Shown here: in pieces, positions 49,114 to 58,065 of the stretch
Position numbering within the stretch: position 1 is the first letter of the stretch
Layout of the letters: each line of letters opens with the position of its first letter
Source of the DNA: Thermodesulfobacteriota bacterium
GTDB taxonomy: Bacteria; Desulfobacterota; Desulfarculia; JACQYL01
Reading direction: 5' to 3'
Assembly: GCA_963675595.2 (NCBI GenBank)
Contig: CAXXLZ010000002.1
Coordinates: 3,328,001-3,392,000, forward strand
Length of the DNA: 64,000 nucleotides
Position numbers and translations under genes: made by a program
The notes under the pieces: model-generated
Told to the model about the DNA's origin: nothing
The model's input: the letters and a program-made list of their open reading frames with translations, nothing else
Database searches by the model: none

Positions 49114-50067
49114 CTGAGAGAAGCGTCGTCGTCGAAAGAACACGGTCGCGCGGCAGGGAGCGTGTCGCGGATCAAGGCCGTTCACCTGCTTGAGGCTTGT
49201 TTGGTGATTCCTGTTGCCGGCATGGTGTCATGGTGCCCTCCATGGATCATCCGAGCCATGGCGAGGGGGATCGCCATGGTGATCGTTCAGTTTCCTTGGA
49301 GAGCCAAAGATCACGCCTTTCACAACCTGGATCATATATACGGCGGCGAGGCGCCGAATATGAGAGAAAAGAAACGGATCGTCCGGAAATTGGTGGAGAA
49401 CCTGATCGTCCAATTCTTCGAATTCGTAGGGATTCACAAGATAAAGAAAAAGAACGTTTTTCGGCAATTCGAGGTGCGCAATCGGGCGGCTTTGGACCAA
49501 GCCCTCACGGAAGGCAAGGGGGCCCTCGCGGTAACGGCTCACCTCGGAAACTGGGAGGGCGTGGCCCGGGTGGGCAAAGTCCTTGGATACGACGTGGGAG
49601 TGATCATCGGTCGTCAATGGAACCCCATTACGGATCGATGGCTGAGATGGATCCGGGAAAGCAGGGGGCAGGTCGCCTGCTACTACAAAGACACGGACCT
49701 CTTGACGCATGCGATATCCCATCTCAAGCGCAATGGGATTCTGGCCGTCATGGCGGATGAGATGGAATATCGTAAACCCTTTTATACGCCGTTTTTCGGA
49801 TGTGATTTTCCCGCGCCGACGGGTATAGCCTTACTCCATTTGCGTTACGGCGCACCCATTTTGTTCTTTTTTTGCTTCAAGGACGGCAATAAGAAGTACG
49901 GAATCGAAATCGACGGGCCCTATCATTTCGGTGGAAGCGGGCATTATGAGGAAGACCGGAGGGTCGTGATTCGTTTTGTGTATGATCGGCTGGAAAAGGA
50001 GATTAAAAAGCATCCCGATCAATGGTTCAATCTGTTCCGATCTCTCCCGGAAGGTCCTGTAAACTGA
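49114..50067 (+). CDS. LpxL/HtrB-family lipid acyltransferase (copy 1)
   Basis: TAHLGNWE (HX4E), MADE, PFFG, HPDQW. Start uncertain (the ORF-track start at 48976 lies inside the IS). Confidence 0.85.
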   Translation: MREASSSKEHGRAAGSVSRIKAVHLLEACLVIPVAGMVSWCPPWIIRAMARGIAMVIVQFPWRAKDHAFHNLDHIYGGEAPNMREKKRIVRKLVENLIVQFFEFVGIHKIKKKNVFRQFEVRNRAALDQALTEGKGALAVTAHLGNWEGVARVGKVLGYDVGVIIGRQWNPITDRWLRWIRESRGQVACYYKDTDLLTHAISHLKRNGILAVMADEMEYRKPFYTPFFGCDFPAPTGIALLHLRYGAPILFFFCFKDGNKKYGIEIDGPYHFGGSGHYEEDRRVVIRFVYDRLEKEIKKHPDQWFNLFRSLPEGPVN

Positions 50068-50071
50068 GGGC

Positions 50072-51835
50072 TCAGACGTGTAAGGGTTTGGAGTCCGAAG
50101 AGGAAAGTGCGCAGTATCTCCGGTAGAGCCCGTCACGCTCAAGTAGTTCCGCATGACGGCCTTGTTCGACAATGCGTCCCTCTTCCAAGACGAGGATCCT
50201 GTCCGCCTCCCTTGTGGTGGACATACGATGCGCAATGATGAAGACGGTTCGGCGTTTCCGAAGGGCCGACAAGGAACGCCGGATGAGCTGGTCCGACTCG
50301 GGGTCCAAGGCGGAAGTGGGTTCGTCCAGAATCAGAATGGGACATTGCGTGAGAAAAGCCCGGGCAAGTGCGATTCTCTGCCGTTGACCGCTGGAGAGCA
50401 GAATGCCGAAGGGACCCACCGAGGAATCGTAGCCTTGCGGCAGCTTACGGGCGAATTCGTCCACGTGGGCCGCACGGGCTGCGGCGAGAACCTCTTCATG
50501 GTCGGCTCCGGGTTTGGAAAAGGCGATATTCTCCGCCAGAGACGCGTCAAACAGCACCGGTTCCTGGGGCACATAGCCTATTTGGCTGCGCAGGCCGGCG
50601 ATCTGGAATTGCGAAATATCCCGGCCGTCCACGAGAATCGATCCGGAATCGGGTTCGAGAAAACGCAGAAGCAAACCCACCAAGGTGGACTTGCCGGCTC
50701 CGCTGGGTCCGACGATGGCCAGTATCTCTCCGGGGGACGCCTCAAAGACTAGATTGGACAGCCGGAACGCGGTACCGTAAGCAAAGTTTACTTGATTGAA
50801 ACGGATGTGGCCCTCCACCGGGGGGAACGGAGGAAGCGAAACGTCGTTCACCGCTTCGGACTGCGTTTCGAGAAGTTCATCAATCCGGTCCATGGCTCCG
50901 TATGCTTTCCCCAAGTATCCGAATGCGCGGGAAATTTCGTCCACGGGGTGAATGATGAGCAGCAGTGCGGCGAAGACCACGCTCAAATTCTCAATGGCCA
51001 GTTTATGGGAGAAGACCATGGCCCCGGACCCAAGGGCGAGAATGCCGATGGATGCGAAAGTCACGCAGGAAACCACCGCGGGATTTAAAGCCCTCCATTT
51101 GTCGCGGCTGTTGAAAGCGTCCACGGTCTGCCGGTTCAGATTCCCGAATCGTTCCTCCACCATTGCCTCGCGCCCGTAGGATTTAATCTCTTTGACGCCT
51201 CGGAGCATTTCTTCAAGAGCGCCGTTCAGCCGGCTCGTTCGGGCCTGGGCCGTCTTGGTTCTTTCACGAATTCGATTTCCCGTGAAATGCAGGACCAGGC
51301 CCATGGGCGACAGGATCAACAACGTCCCCACGGTGAGCAGCCACGAATGCACGAGCATCACCATCATCAGTGCGAAGACCACGAGGAGATTGGGAACCAG
51401 GACCAGCAGTCCGGAATGCAGCCCTTCACAAAGGATATCCGTATCGGAGGAAAGTCGGGTGATCATATCGCCCAACCGATGATGCTGGTAACTCCGATAA
51501 GGAAGGAAGAGACATTTGTTGAAAAGTTCGGACCGGATTTCGCCGCCGGCTTCGTTGCTGAGTTTGAAGGAGGCGTAGTCTCTCTTGAACGTGGTGTACA
51601 GGATCAGGACCAGCAGAACGGCTCCCAGAGCCACATGGTGCGTCAGGCGTTCGGGGTCCGGATTCTCGAGAATGAGTCCGGTCAGAGCTCTTCCCCAGAA
51701 GGGCGCGAGTACAAGGCAGGAGGTGGAAACCGTGGTGAAGAGCAAGAAACGAAGGAGTTCCCATCGCCGACCCCACAGGAGGTTCGCAAGGGTCTTCATA
51801 TGGTGGGGCGTCTGCATGACGGTGTGTTGATCCAT
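50072..51835 (-). CDS. MsbA-like ABC exporter (permease plus ATPase)
   Basis: TM domain; Walker A GPSGAGKS; LSSGQRQR; ILILDEPTSALD; IAHR. Confidence 0.92.
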   Translation of the reverse strand: MDQHTVMQTPHHMKTLANLLWGRRWELLRFLLFTTVSTSCLVLAPFWGRALTGLILENPDPERLTHHVALGAVLLVLILYTTFKRDYASFKLSNEAGGEIRSELFNKCLFLPYRSYQHHRLGDMITRLSSDTDILCEGLHSGLLVLVPNLLVVFALMMVMLVHSWLLTVGTLLILSPMGLVLHFTGNRIRERTKTAQARTSRLNGALEEMLRGVKEIKSYGREAMVEERFGNLNRQTVDAFNSRDKWRALNPAVVSCVTFASIGILALGSGAMVFSHKLAIENLSVVFAALLLIIHPVDEISRAFGYLGKAYGAMDRIDELLETQSEAVNDVSLPPFPPVEGHIRFNQVNFAYGTAFRLSNLVFEASPGEILAIVGPSGAGKSTLVGLLLRFLEPDSGSILVDGRDISQFQIAGLRSQIGYVPQEPVLFDASLAENIAFSKPGADHEEVLAAARAAHVDEFARKLPQGYDSSVGPFGILLSSGQRQRIALARAFLTQCPILILDEPTSALDPESDQLIRRSLSALRKRRTVFIIAHRMSTTREADRILVLEEGRIVEQGRHAELLERDGLYRRYCALSSSDSKPLHV

Positions 51836-51886
51836 AGCGTCGGCTCGTATGACGCTCGGTGAAATTGATGTTTCTATGGGTCGGCC

Positions 51887-53182
51887 TTAAAGGCTTTCAA
51901 GGACCGCGCAGCACGATTGTCCCGCCATGCCGTAGTCGTAGGAAGCCACGGCGAAGCGCTTTCGCGTGCATGGGCGGTGTTCCGCACTGATGTTCATTCG
52001 GGCGAATGCCGGATCCGGACTCCTGAAGTTGAGCGTTCCGGGGATCAGGCCGTTGGATGCCGCCATGATGCCTATAATTACTTCAGACAGATCGCCGGCC
52101 GCCGCCATGTGCCCGAAATGAGGCTTGAGCCCGCACAACGGCACGCTTCTTCCCCCCTTCTCGGAAATTGCCTGCACGGACGCCAGCTCCGATGCATCCC
52201 CGTCTTTTGTTCCATTGCCGTGCAGTACCAAGAATCCCAGATCGTCGAGGGCGGTGCCGGAAAGTTCCAAGGTCTTCGCCAAGGTTTTTTCCAGCACTCG
52301 GGGAGGAGTCGAACCGTCCACTCCATCGACGGGATATTCGAATCCGCCCGTCGTGCCGAGCACACGGGCGAGGGGTTTCGTTCCCCGCTTGAGTGCACGT
52401 TCCGCATTTCCGATGACCAGGGCGGCGCCCCCTTCTCCCGGAATAGTCCCATCCCGTTCGGCGTCGAAAGGGCTGAAGGAATGTATTCCGCGGCGGCATT
52501 GGGAGATCGAGCCGTTTCCGTACATTTCGAAATGACCCACGGGCGCAAGCAGGCTCGCAGCCGCCACAACCAACGCGATATCCACCAGATCGAGCTCAAT
52601 GCTCCTGACGGCGAGTTCCAACGCCTGAAGTCCGAAAGGCGGAACCGCAATGAGACTCGTGTTGGCCCCCTTGCATTCGAAGGCGTGGGACAAGAAACTG
52701 AAGGCGTTGTTCGGCAGGGTGTTCAGCAGTATGAAAGGCCATACGTCATGCAATACGGAGCTGTTGAACGTACGGTAGTCGAAATCCGCGGTGTGCTCCT
52801 TGGTGGCCTTGCGAAGTACCGAACTGTAGGCCCCACCACCCACCTGTGCATTATCACCGCAACTGATGAATAATCCTCTTCTTTCGGGAGGGGTTGCTTG
52901 AAACGCGTCACCCGACCGACGGACCGCCTGGTCTGCGGCCAGGTAGCCGAAAATGGAGGATCGGTTCAGGTATTTGACTTGACGCGCAAGTTGGGGCGGT
53001 ATGGATTTCACCACGTCGGCCATCGGGATTCTGCCGGCGTATTGCAGTTCCGGAGGAGCGTTCTCCATGGGCTGATGGCCAATGCCGGAGTCATGACGCA
53101 GGACTTTCTCCCAGCTTTCCATGAGGTCGGAAGCCGGCGGGGTGATCAGTCCCATTCCGATAACCGCATTGGAGTCGAGCAT
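51887..53182 (-). CDS. Beta-ketoacyl synthase-like protein lacking the catalytic Cys (chain-length-factor/decarboxylase-like)
   Basis: PFD..RDG..PGEGGAALV, HGNGT, KPHFGH, PGTLN; the expected ACxxG reads AVPPFG. Confidence 0.85.
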   Translation of the reverse strand: MLDSNAVIGMGLITPPASDLMESWEKVLRHDSGIGHQPMENAPPELQYAGRIPMADVVKSIPPQLARQVKYLNRSSIFGYLAADQAVRRSGDAFQATPPERRGLFISCGDNAQVGGGAYSSVLRKATKEHTADFDYRTFNSSVLHDVWPFILLNTLPNNAFSFLSHAFECKGANTSLIAVPPFGLQALELAVRSIELDLVDIALVVAAASLLAPVGHFEMYGNGSISQCRRGIHSFSPFDAERDGTIPGEGGAALVIGNAERALKRGTKPLARVLGTTGGFEYPVDGVDGSTPPRVLEKTLAKTLELSGTALDDLGFLVLHGNGTKDGDASELASVQAISEKGGRSVPLCGLKPHFGHMAAAGDLSEVIIGIMAASNGLIPGTLNFRSPDPAFARMNISAEHRPCTRKRFAVASYDYGMAGQSCCAVLESL

Positions 53183-53183
53183 C

Positions 53184-53639
53184 TCAGGAAAGACCGGCGA
53201 GGCGGGCGAGAATGTTGTAGGTGCGCCTGCACTCGTCCGGGTCAAAGAGCTGAGCAAGGGAAATCAACCCGCCGCTGAATTCAGCATAGGCATTCTTCTT
53301 ACCATCGATTTTCCCAACGGCGCGGAAAGCCGGTTCTTGCTTCTCGCTCCCCGGGAGTGAGGAAACCTCGATTTCAATCCGATCGCCGGGAAGGGCAACA
53401 TCGTAAAACTTGCACCTGGCGACTCCCGTCAAGACGAACCAGTTCTCGAAATCGGAAGACTTGGCCTCGAACCAGCCGGCGCACTGGACGAAAGCCTCCA
53501 GCACCAAGGAACCGGGAACCACTGGATATCGGGGAAAATGGAACTGGAGGTAATCTTCACTCATGGTGACGTTTTTTGTTCCTTTGATAAGGATTCCCGG
53601 TTGAAAGTCGGTGATGCGGTCCAACAGAAAATATCTCAT
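53184..53639 (-). CDS. FabZ-like 3-hydroxyacyl-ACP dehydratase
   Basis: FLLDRI, KNVT..E, HFP..PVVPG.L.LEA..Q, KF....PGD. Confidence 0.88.
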   Translation of the reverse strand: MRYFLLDRITDFQPGILIKGTKNVTMSEDYLQFHFPRYPVVPGSLVLEAFVQCAGWFEAKSSDFENWFVLTGVARCKFYDVALPGDRIEIEVSSLPGSEKQEPAFRAVGKIDGKKNAYAEFSGGLISLAQLFDPDECRRTYNILARLAGLS

Positions 53640-53664
53640 AAATGCAATTCCTGTCCGAGCGGGG

Positions 53665-54414
53665 TCACAGGCTCAAACCGCCATCTATGGCGATGGCCTG
53701 CCCGGTGATATAGTCGGCGAAGTCGGAAGCCAGGAACAGCACGAGAGGAGCCACGTCGGCGGGCATTCCCAATCGACCCGCGGGTATTCTGGACAGTATC
53801 TCGGATTCCGCCGATCCGAGTATCCTACGGGTCATATCCGAACGGACGAACCCCGGCAGCACCGCGTTGACCTGGATATTCTTTCCGGCAAGCTCCGAAG
53901 CGCAGGCGATGGTAAAGGAAATCAAGCCGCCTTTGGATGAGGCGTAAGCGCAGTTTCCGCGAGTTCCTCGGATTGCCGCAACGGAAGAGATGTTGATGAT
54001 CTTTCCATAATGACGAACCACCATAAGCTCGGTCGCATGCCGGGAACAGAGGAAAGCTCCTCGAAGATTCACGTCGTGTACTTCATCCCAATCCTTGGTC
54101 TTCGTGGTCATCAGAAGTCGATCCCTGGTGATGCCGGCATTGTTCACGAGGATGTCGAGTTTTCCATATCGGGCACGAATAAGCTCGAACAGAGATGCCA
54201 CCTTTTCCGGATCGCCCACATCGGCTTGAAGCGTTTCCGCTGCGAAGCCTTCACGCAGAAGTGACTGTTTCAACTCTTCCGCCGCTTCCGAAGACCTTCC
54301 GTAATTGATCAGGGTCACGGCACCGGCGTGAGACAGGGCAACCGATATCTGTCCGCCGATTCCTCTGGAACCACCTGTAATAAGCGCTATTTTGCCCGAT
54401 AGATCTATTTTCAC
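53665..54414 (-). CDS. FabG-like 3-oxoacyl-ACP reductase
   Basis: TGGSRGIG, NNAGITRD, ISS, YASSK, VNAVLPGF, YITGQ. GTG start 54414. Confidence 0.9.
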   Translation of the reverse strand: MKIDLSGKIALITGGSRGIGGQISVALSHAGAVTLINYGRSSEAAEELKQSLLREGFAAETLQADVGDPEKVASLFELIRARYGKLDILVNNAGITRDRLLMTTKTKDWDEVHDVNLRGAFLCSRHATELMVVRHYGKIINISSVAAIRGTRGNCAYASSKGGLISFTIACASELAGKNIQVNAVLPGFVRSDMTRRILGSAESEILSRIPAGRLGMPADVAPLVLFLASDFADYITGQAIAIDGGLSL

Positions 54415-54487
54415 AATACGTCCGCTCTCGTCTCGCCGCACGCGGGCATGTCCAAAGTCGTGAGTTCAAAGGCTCCGAAATAGGCGT

Positions 54488-54889
54488 TCATGGTAGGGTC
54501 GATTCCGAATACGGGAGATGGTTGTAAATGATGCGCTCAATCCCGGCGGTGCGTTCTCCCTCCACGAAAAGCACCGCCTTGCCCAATGTGTCCCGCTTGC
54601 AGGAGGAGATGATCTCCGCATGAATCCGGGCTTGGAAACCGTTTCGGAGCAGAGGGGATAGGGTCACGTTTTCTATGAGGCAGGGAACGGGCAGCCATTC
54701 ATAATCCGACGAATAACAGATGAGCCAGCCGAGGGCCTGGATCATGGTTTCCACCAGCACGGTTGGGGGAACTACGGGCGAGGGCAGGAAAGCGGTGATA
54801 CCGACCCCCATGGAGGAGGTGAAATACTTTTCACATTCGATGAATTCGCCTTTTTCCAGTCGGAGAATTCTGTCGTAACAGGAAAGCAT
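54488..54889 (-). CDS. FabA/FabZ-like hotdog-fold protein (degenerate; possible 3' frameshift)
   Basis: YDRI, PVVPPTVLVE.M.Q..GWL; operon position between KS and FabG. Confidence 0.65.
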   Translation of the reverse strand: MLSCYDRILRLEKGEFIECEKYFTSSMGVGITAFLPSPVVPPTVLVETMIQALGWLICYSSDYEWLPVPCLIENVTLSPLLRNGFQARIHAEIISSCKRDTLGKAVLFVEGERTAGIERIIYNHLPYSESTLP

Positions 54890-54995
54890 CGCAGTTGGTC
54901 ATGTGCCGGAGGATTGGTGAGTACCGATCATGGGCCGATTCGCGTTCTTCCCAGAAGGGTGTGGTTCCCTCAAGCCCTCGTAAAGCCTACAGGTT

Positions 54996-56282
54996 TCAGT
55001 CGTTGCCGGTGCCCAAACACAAGCACGCGTTCTGGCCGCCGAATCCAAAGGAGTTGGATAGGGCCACTCGGTGCTTCCTTTTAATACGGCGTTCCGGAAC
55101 ATACCATAAATCGCACTTGGGATCAGGAAATTCGTAATTGATGGTGGGCAGGATGGTGTCTCGCTCCATGCCCATCAGAGTCAGTATGCATTCGATGACG
55201 CCGGCGGCGCCCAAAGCGTGCCCCAGCATGGACTTGTTGGAGCTTATCGGTAGGGCGGCCGCTCGGGGGCCGAAAAGCTCTTTGACGGCCTGTGTTTCCG
55301 CAACATCGTTCTTGATGGTGGCGGTGCCGTGCGCATTGATATATTCCACGTCGCTGGGGCGAAGTCCGGCGTCTGCGAGGGCCAGCTTCATGACCTGAAC
55401 GGCTCCTTCCGACCTGGGATGGATGTCCGTGATGCGGAAGGCGTCCGCGGTGGAACCGTATCCCAGAATTTCGCCTAAAATGGGAACTCCACGCGTGCGC
55501 GCATGATCCAGGTCTTCGAGAACCACCACTGCGGCCCCTTCGGACAGGACGAAACCGTTCCGCTTTCGGTCGAAAGGTCTCGACGCTTGCCCGGGTGACG
55601 CGTAGCTTTCGGAGAGCGTTCTGAGAAGCAGAAAACCCGTGAAATTGAAAGGATCGACCGGAGCGTCTCCTCCTCCGGCGAGCATCACATCCGCCGCACC
55701 GCATTGGATCAGGTGATAGGCTTCTCCGACGGCTTGAGCGCCGGCGGCGCAAGCGGAACCGATACAGAAGTTCGGCCCTTTGCATTGAAATCGTTGCGCG
55801 ATCAAAGAGGCGGCTACGTCGGGTCTCCTGGTTGTGAAATCCTGAAATGGATACCCGCCGTCCTTTTCGAGGCGAACCAGATCCCAATGCCCCGAAGTAT
55901 CACGGAAGCGATGCAGATAGGCAATTTCGGCAAGGGACGTCATTTCTCCGTGGCTTGCCAAACAAACACCGATCCTCTCCCTGGTCTCGATTTGGAGCAA
56001 TTGCGCCTGATTTGCGGCCTCATCGACCGCCGTGTTGAGAAGTCCGGCAATGCGGGAAAAGATATCGATTCTGAAAGGAGGCAGTCCTTCGGGGCGTAGT
56101 ATCCAATCATCGAGAACCTCTCCCGCTATGGTACAGGGAAGACCTTGCGTGTCGAAAGAGCGAATATGGTCGATTCCCGACGAGCTCGCCGAGCATTTGG
56201 CGAAGGTTTCCTCGGCGTTTCTTCCCAGGCAGGTGAGCATTCCATAGCCGGTAACCACGACTCTTCGTTTGGAGGCGATCAG
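54996..56282 (-). CDS. FabF-like beta-ketoacyl-ACP synthase
   Basis: RVVVTGYG, SACAAGAQA (Cys), SRPFD..RNGFVL.EGA, YINAHGTAT, KSMLGH, SNSFGFGG. Start likely CTG 56282 overlapping the ACP stop (ORF track uses GTG 56258). Confidence 0.93.
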   Translation of the reverse strand: MIASKRRVVVTGYGMLTCLGRNAEETFAKCSASSSGIDHIRSFDTQGLPCTIAGEVLDDWILRPEGLPPFRIDIFSRIAGLLNTAVDEAANQAQLLQIETRERIGVCLASHGEMTSLAEIAYLHRFRDTSGHWDLVRLEKDGGYPFQDFTTRRPDVAASLIAQRFQCKGPNFCIGSACAAGAQAVGEAYHLIQCGAADVMLAGGGDAPVDPFNFTGFLLLRTLSESYASPGQASRPFDRKRNGFVLSEGAAVVVLEDLDHARTRGVPILGEILGYGSTADAFRITDIHPRSEGAVQVMKLALADAGLRPSDVEYINAHGTATIKNDVAETQAVKELFGPRAAALPISSNKSMLGHALGAAGVIECILTLMGMERDTILPTINYEFPDPKCDLWYVPERRIKRKHRVALSNSFGFGGQNACLCLGTGND

Positions 56283-56836
56283 GATATCCCTTTCTGTTGA
56301 TGTTCCAGAAGCCAGGTCTGGACGAGGTCATCTTCGCTTCGGAAGATGGGGGGCTCATTGCAGGAACCGCAAACGATGCGGGTTCCATCCTGCAATATCC
56401 AGGAATCGCGGGCGCAGTGGACGCATCTGTCCGGTAAGGTATCCAGAAGCCAAAGGACCCGGTCGACAATGGAGTCCACCGTGATCAGCGCAAGAAGGTC
56501 TTCCATGCGCATTCCCGGGCGAAGTGCGTCGACGTCGGGGAATCTCAGCTTTAACAAGGACAGGGCGGCCGGAGTGAGTCCGCCGTCTTCGTCCAAAGCG
56601 AACCCTTCCCCGAAAATCTCCTCCATGTGGTCCAGGGCGGAGTAACGGGCCATTCTCAATCCGAAGGCCTGTTCCACATGGTAGCTGATATCCAGGAAAT
56701 CGAGGGATTCGGCGTCCAGCTCCGTGGTCAGAACGGTTTCGGGTCGTATCAGGTCTTTTTCCACGGTCAAAGCATGAGCAATGGCATCGGACACGACCCG
56801 GAAAACCTGTTCTCTTTCGATCAGCGTCTGCGGCAT
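56279..56836 (-). CDS. Atypical acyl carrier protein with internal insertion and C-terminal CxxC-CxxC Zn ribbon
   Basis: LDAESLDFLDI..VE..FG phosphopantetheine motif; long insert; CVHC and CGSC; GGAG RBS at ATG 56836. Confidence 0.85.
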   Translation of the reverse strand: MPQTLIEREQVFRVVSDAIAHALTVEKDLIRPETVLTTELDAESLDFLDISYHVEQAFGLRMARYSALDHMEEIFGEGFALDEDGGLTPAALSLLKLRFPDVDALRPGMRMEDLLALITVDSIVDRVLWLLDTLPDRCVHCARDSWILQDGTRIVCGSCNEPPIFRSEDDLVQTWLLEHQQKGIS

Positions 56837-57172
56837 GAATTCTCCCGGAAGAAGATGGAACAGGATCAAGAAGCGGATCGAAAGGGGGGAAGCCGGTCCG
56901 CCGCCTGTGTTTCGAAGGAAGATGCGCCGACACCGCCTTGTGCATACAAATCAACGTGGGCGCTTCGTTCGAGCTCCAGTCCTTACTTCCCGTTTTCGCC
57001 ATTGGTTTCCGACCATGAACCTGCGGGCAAGGTCGAGAACGTCGGCAATACGTTTACTCAAAATGAGTTTGTGTGGAGTGTCTATTCCATGCATGCCGTG
57101 TGGACGGCGGGGTACGGCGGATCCGGCCGCAGCCCCAGCGACGGTCCGTTGAGGCAGACTCGTTACTACGGG

Positions 57173-57946
57173 TTAGGCCAACGGCCTGTACAGGGTATTC
57201 CCGAGCCCCCGATCGGCCACGATGGTCTGGCCGCTGATTCCACGGCTCGTATGATCACACAAAAAGGCCACCACGTCGGCGAGTTCCTCTGGATCCATAA
57301 AGAGTTCTTCGGGTATTCGAGTCATGTCCTTCAAGTAATATCGCAGCACGCGCAGAGAATCCGTTCTCACAAGACCGCCGCAAACCGCATTGACGGATAT
57401 GTTCCTATGCCTTAAGCTCTCCGCGCAGTCTCTGACAACCGCTTCCATGGCCGCTTTCATACTCCCCAACGGATATTGCGGGTTGTAGAAGCGACTCCCC
57501 AGGCTTGAAATGAAAACGATCTTACCTTGAGTCCGTTCAAGCAGGGGAACGCCCAGTTGTATGCAGAAGATGTTTCCCAGGAAGTTGGTATCGACCAGTT
57601 GCCTCAGGTCTCGCTCGAAAAGCTTCTCGATGGGTTTGAAAGGGGCTCTCGCCGCGTTGAGGATCAGGAAGTCCAACCGTCCGAATTCGGTTTCGGCCGC
57701 CTCCATCATCAGCCGAACCGATGCCTTGGACGAAATGTCCGCTTGAACCAGAATCGCGCGTCCCCCCAGCCCGTGAACGTAAGAGACGAGTTCCTCGGCC
57801 TGGACAAGGGACGAGCCCGCCGCCTTCCTGGAGGTGACCACCAAGTCGGCTCCCAAGGAGGCGAGCTTGGCGGCGACGGCGCGGCCGATGCCTCGGGAGC
57901 TTCCGGTGACCAGAGCGACTTTGCCTTTAAAACAGAGGCGATTCAT
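57173..57946 (-). CDS. SDR, FabL-like enoyl-ACP reductase
   Basis: KGKVALVTGSSRGIG, LNAA, ISSLGS, Y.LGSMKAA.E (YX6K-like spacing), ISGQTI..D.G. Confidence 0.8.
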   Translation of the reverse strand: MNRLCFKGKVALVTGSSRGIGRAVAAKLASLGADLVVTSRKAAGSSLVQAEELVSYVHGLGGRAILVQADISSKASVRLMMEAAETEFGRLDFLILNAARAPFKPIEKLFERDLRQLVDTNFLGNIFCIQLGVPLLERTQGKIVFISSLGSRFYNPQYPLGSMKAAMEAVVRDCAESLRHRNISVNAVCGGLVRTDSLRVLRYYLKDMTRIPEELFMDPEELADVVAFLCDHTSRGISGQTIVADRGLGNTLYRPLA

Positions 57947-58065
57947 GCGGCCGATCTTGGAGATTCGAAAAGAAAACAGGCATATCCGGTTCCAGGACTC
58001 GAACAGAAGGAATAATCCTAACACAATTTTTCAATGCAGTTGACCCTTTTTTGAGGCGGTTAAGC

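Noticed and set aside
51887-57946. Ladderane or arylpolyene biosynthesis call
   Set aside because: ACP/KS resemblance exists, but no radical SAM, methyltransferase, AMP-ligase or ammonia-lyase genes are in the cluster; the product cannot be named.
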